This document shows positions 60,115 through 64,000 of a stretch of DNA of 64,000 nucleotides, in pieces (positions within the stretch are counted from its first letter, which is position 1; every line of letters starts with the position of its first letter). The notes beneath the pieces were generated by a model. That model made no database searches and had not been told where the DNA came from. It was given only the letters and a program-made list of their open reading frames with translations. A program made the position numbers and the translations under genes. Origin of the DNA: Eledone cirrhosa. Taxonomy: Eukaryota. The DNA lies in NCBI GenBank assembly GCA_964016885.1, contig OZ024750.1:52390001-52454000 (forward strand), given 5' to 3'.

Positions 60115-62659
60115 TGTAGCGAAATCTGTCCACACCTTGATCCCTGGGTGACATTTAACGGTCAAATTCTGGGTTACCTCCTGTTTGGCGTAAACAAGTG
60201 TGGGAGATCTCTCGAGGTCACCCTGGTGGTTCTCAAGGCAGGGGACAGAGGAAGCAACAGATATAAATAGCCTGTCTTAGACCAGGCAAATGTTTTACAT
60301 CGTTACTGCTCCGAACTGCCTTTTGGCCACAGTAAATCTTTTGTAGAATCAAAGTTTGGTAAATAACTTGAAGAAGTGAAGTTTTATCATATAAACGAGA
60401 AGCTTCGTAATTGTTGATTGCTGAGAAAGCTGCGTGTTCGAATAACGTTGGGGTCACCAATTGAAGTGAAGCGAAGTTAGTAAGTATTGTTAGAGATGAA
60501 ATAACACAAAATAAATGGTTTCGTTTAAATATAAAATTTACTCCACTTCAGTGAATAAAGGAACAAAGAATGAGATTACTACAAGTCATAAAGGTTGGCG
60601 ATGTTTTTGCTGTTATTTCGTTATGGTGAAATAAAGAGTGGCAAGAGATCGTTTGTAGGTAAGCAAGGTAGAGAAGGTGAGAGTCTGGAGAGAGAGAGTA
60701 ATAGTTTGTAGACCTGGAGAGAGAGAGAGTCATAGTGTGTAGACCTGGAGGGAGAGAGAGAGAGAGAGAGAGTAATAGTTTGTAGACCTGGAGAGAGAGA
60801 GAGTCATAGTGTGTAGACCTGGAGGGAGAGAGAGAGAGAGAGTAATAGTGTATAGACCTGGAGAGAGAGAGAGAGAGAGTAATAGTTTGTAGACCAGGAG
60901 AGAGAGAGAGAGTAATAGTTTGTAGACCTGGAGAGAGAGAGAGAGAGTAATAGTTTGTAGACCTGGAGAGAGAGAGAGAGTAATAGTTTGTAGACCTGGA
61001 GAGAGAGAGAGTAATAGTTTGTAGACCAGGAGAGAGAGAGTAATAGTTTGTAGACCTGGAGAGAGAGAGAGTAATAGTTTGTAGACCTGGAGAGAGAGTA
61101 ATAGTTTGTAGACTTGGAGAGAGAGAGAGAGAGTAATAGTTTGTAGACCTGGAGAGAGAGAGAGAGAGTAATAGTTTGTAGACCTGGAGAGAGAGAGAGG
61201 AATAGTTTGTAGACCAGGAGAGAGAGAGAGAGTAATAGTTTGTAGACCTGGAGAGAGAGAGAGTAATAGTTTGTAGACCAGGAGAGAGAGAGAGAGTAAT
61301 AGTTTGTAGACCTGGGGAGAGAGAGAGAGTAATAGTTTGTAGACCTGGAGAGAGAGAGAGTAATAGTTTGAAGACCTGGAGAGAGAGAGAGAGAGTAATA
61401 GTTTGTAGACCAGGAGGGAGAGAGAGAGAGTAATAGTTTGTAGACCTGGAGAGAGAGAGTAATAGTTTGTAGACCAGGAGAGAGAGAGAGTAATAGTTTG
61501 TAGACCTGGAGAGAGAGGGTGAGAAAGAGAGAGTAATAGTTTGTAGACCTGGGGAGAGAGAGAGAGTAATAGTTTGTAGAACTGGAGAGAGAGAGAGAGT
61601 AATAGTTTGTAGACCTGGGGAGAGAGAGAGAGTAATAGTTTGTAGACCTGGAGAGAGAGAGTAATAGTTTGTAGACCTGGAGAGAGAGAGAGTAATAGTT
61701 TGTAGACCTGGAGAGAGAGAGAGAGTAATAGTTTGTAGACCAGGAGAGAGAGAGAGAGTAATAGTTTGTAGACCTGGAGAGAGAGAGAGAGAGTAATAGT
61801 TTGTGGACCTGGAGAGAGAGTAATAGTTTGTAGACCAGGAGAGAGAGAGAGAGTAATAGTTTGTAGACCTGGAGAGAGAGAGTAATAGTTTGTAGACCTG
61901 GGGAGAGAGAGAGAGTAATAGTTTGTAGACCTGGAGAGAGAGAGAGAGAGAGAGAGAGTAATAGTTTGTAGACCTGGAGAGAGAGAGTAATAGTTTGTAG
62001 ACCTGGGGAGAGAGAGAGAGTAATAGTTTGTAGACCTGGAGAGAGAGAGAGAGAGAGAGTAATAGTTTGAAGACCTGGAGAGAGAGAGAGAGTAATAGTT
62101 TGTAGACCAGGAGGGAGAGAGAGAGAGAGAGTAATAGTTTGTAGACCTGGAGAGAGAGAGAGAGAGAGTAATAGTTTGTAGACCTGGAGAGAGAGAGAGA
62201 GAGAGTAATAGTTTGTAGACCTGGAGAGAGAGAGAGAGAGTAATAGTTTGTAGACCTGGAGAGAGAGAGAGAGAGAGTAATAGTTTGTAGACCTGGAGAG
62301 AGAGAGAGATAGTAATAGTTTGTAGACCAAGAGAGAGAGTAATAGTTTGTAGACCTGGAGAGAGAGTAATAGTGTGTAGACCTAGAGAGAGAGAGTAATA
62401 GTTTGTAGACCCCAAGGGGTCTGTAGAAAGCAAATGTTTTACATCGTTACTTTATCAGGAACTGCTTCAAACTGCTTTTTCCTTGGTCTAAGACAGGCTA
62501 TTTATATCTGTTGCCTCCTCTGTCCCCTGCCTTGAGAACCACCAGGGTGACCTCGAGAGATCTCCCACACATAGACTTGTTTACACCAAAAAGGAGGTAA
62601 CCCAGAATTTGACCCTTAAATGTCACCCAGGGATGAAGGTGTGGACAAATTTTGTTACA
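60115..62659. mobile_element. Non-autonomous element with ~175-bp TIRs and TGT...ACA ends (Ginger-like?) enclosing a satellite
   Basis: 60115-60286 is the reverse complement of ~62484-62659 at high identity; no clear 4-bp TSD. Confidence 0.6.
60685..62411. repeat. Compound satellite TAATAGTTTGTAGACCTGG(AG)n, ~50 units
   Basis: Constant 19-bp core with variable (AG)n length. Confidence 0.95.
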
Positions 62660-62664
62660 TATAT

Positions 62665-62849
62665 AATTGTTTCTACTTTAGGCACAAGGCCAGCAATTAC
62701 CCCAGTGCATTACTGGTACTTTATTCTATCGACCCCGTAAGGATGAAAGGCAAAGTTAACCTCGGCGGGATTTGAACTCAGATCGTAAAGGGACGTAACT
62801 ATGCTGGAAAGCATGGCGTCCGACCCTCTACCGATACTGCCAATCCACC
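62665..62849 (-). mobile_element. SINE family A copy with target-site duplication
   Basis: GTTACATATATAAT on both sides (62654 and 62852). Confidence 0.85.
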
Positions 62850-62879
62850 TCGTTACATATATAATGAATGAATGAGTGA

Positions 62880-63835
62880 TTATCATCAGCACTGTTTAAT
62901 GTCCATTTTTCCATTCTGGCATGGGTTAGACGGGTTGTGATGAGACAAGTTTGCCATATTGTGAGACCATGTGTTGCTCATACAGAACTGATTTTGGCTT
63001 GATGCCCTCCCTAACACCATTTACAGAGTGTACTGGTTGCTTTTTGTTGTGTAGTCATCACAACCATTTTACTGAATGGGCTGGGGAATTGGGGGGGGGG
63101 GGATTGGAGAGGTAGATCTAGGGGTGTGTCTGAGGGGCAGAGTGTTCGAGCGTGGGTGGAGTGTTAGGACGTGAGAGGTGATGGAGGGATGTGGACGAAG
63201 GGAGAGGTATTAGGATGTGGAGGTGTATGGAGGGGGGAAGGTAGTACATACAAGATGTATGTTTTAACCCATGTACATGGGAAGGCAGGTCTTCTGTATA
63301 TAAGGCAGGTCTTCTGCATAATGCCAGAGATTTCGATCCTGTGTCATCACCTTTGAGAGGTGCAATTATGCAAGGTCAGCTTTTATCACTTCATTCTAAG
63401 TCTTCCTAGGTCTTCCTACTCCATAGCTTCCATCAACGTTGAGGCCCTGACACCTTTTTATACAGCCGTCATGCTTCTGCCCAGTTTCTCTCTCAATTCA
63501 CTTATGCTTTGTCGTTCATGTACATTACTATTATACATCCATCGGAGCATGCCAGCTTCCTTTCTTTCCAGTCTTCTCAGGTCCTCTGCACACAGTGCCC
63601 AGGTCTCACTGCCATGCAACATTGCTGTTCATATACACAGATCATACAATCTGCCCTTCATTTTGAGTGTAAAACCTTTTGTGGTTAGCAGCGGTAGTAG
63701 CGCCCTGAACTTTCTCCAGCCCAATCTCACTCTAGCTACAGTACTTTCAGAACATCCACCTCCACTGCTAATTTGTTTGCTCAGGAAACGGAAACTATCA
63801 ACTACTTCTACCGAGCTCTCTGGGCATTTATAGGA
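62880..63835 (-). mobile_element. RTE 3' fragment
   Basis: Antisense homology to RT C-terminal region and 3' UTR. Confidence 0.82.
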
Positions 63836-63839
63836 TGTA

Positions 63840-64000
63840 TCATCATCATCATCATCACCTATTTACGTCAATGTTTCCACACTAGCATGGGTTAGACGGG
63901 TTGTCCTGTTGTGAGCAATGCCAGATCAAGTGACCATGCCTTGCTCATACAGAACTGATTCTGGCTTGATTTCTACAGCTGGATACCCTTCCTAACACCA
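63840..64000 (-). mobile_element. 3' end of another RTE-tailed element (runs off window)
   Basis: (CAT)n followed by reverse complement of the RTE 3' UTR. Confidence 0.8.

Noticed and set aside
60730-62433. 567-aa and 508-aa Leu/Ser-rich ORFs
   Set aside because: Antisense translation of the (AG)n compound satellite

Overview
AT-rich, intron- and repeat-rich animal genomic DNA; the SINE/RTE repertoire and (TA)n/(CA)n load suggest an octopod cephalopod (inference). One host gene could be rebuilt by hand on the + strand: 10 coding exons (36396..51891, 1713 nt, 570 aa) with consistent splice phases. It encodes an HP1BP3-like protein with three linker-histone H15 domains, preceded by an RFX-type winged-helix domain. 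Its third coding intron (40416..41363) has the signature of a minor-spliceosome (U12, GT-AG) intron. A candidate promoter and non-coding first exon lie about 19 kb upstream (~16.8-17.3 kb). The rest is mobile DNA: two young RTE LINEs with a PHD finger inserted after the RT core, older RTE and HERO-like fragments, tRNA-derived SINEs (one carrying the RTE 3' tail), TTAA-flanked MITEs, a TGT...ACA long-TIR element filled with satellite, and minisatellites grown from SINE/LINE segments. A dispersed set of degenerate type-I hammerhead-ribozyme-like motifs occurs with fold-back inverted repeats, reminiscent of Penelope-like elements or retrozymes. Most ORF-track entries are microsatellite or antisense artefacts.
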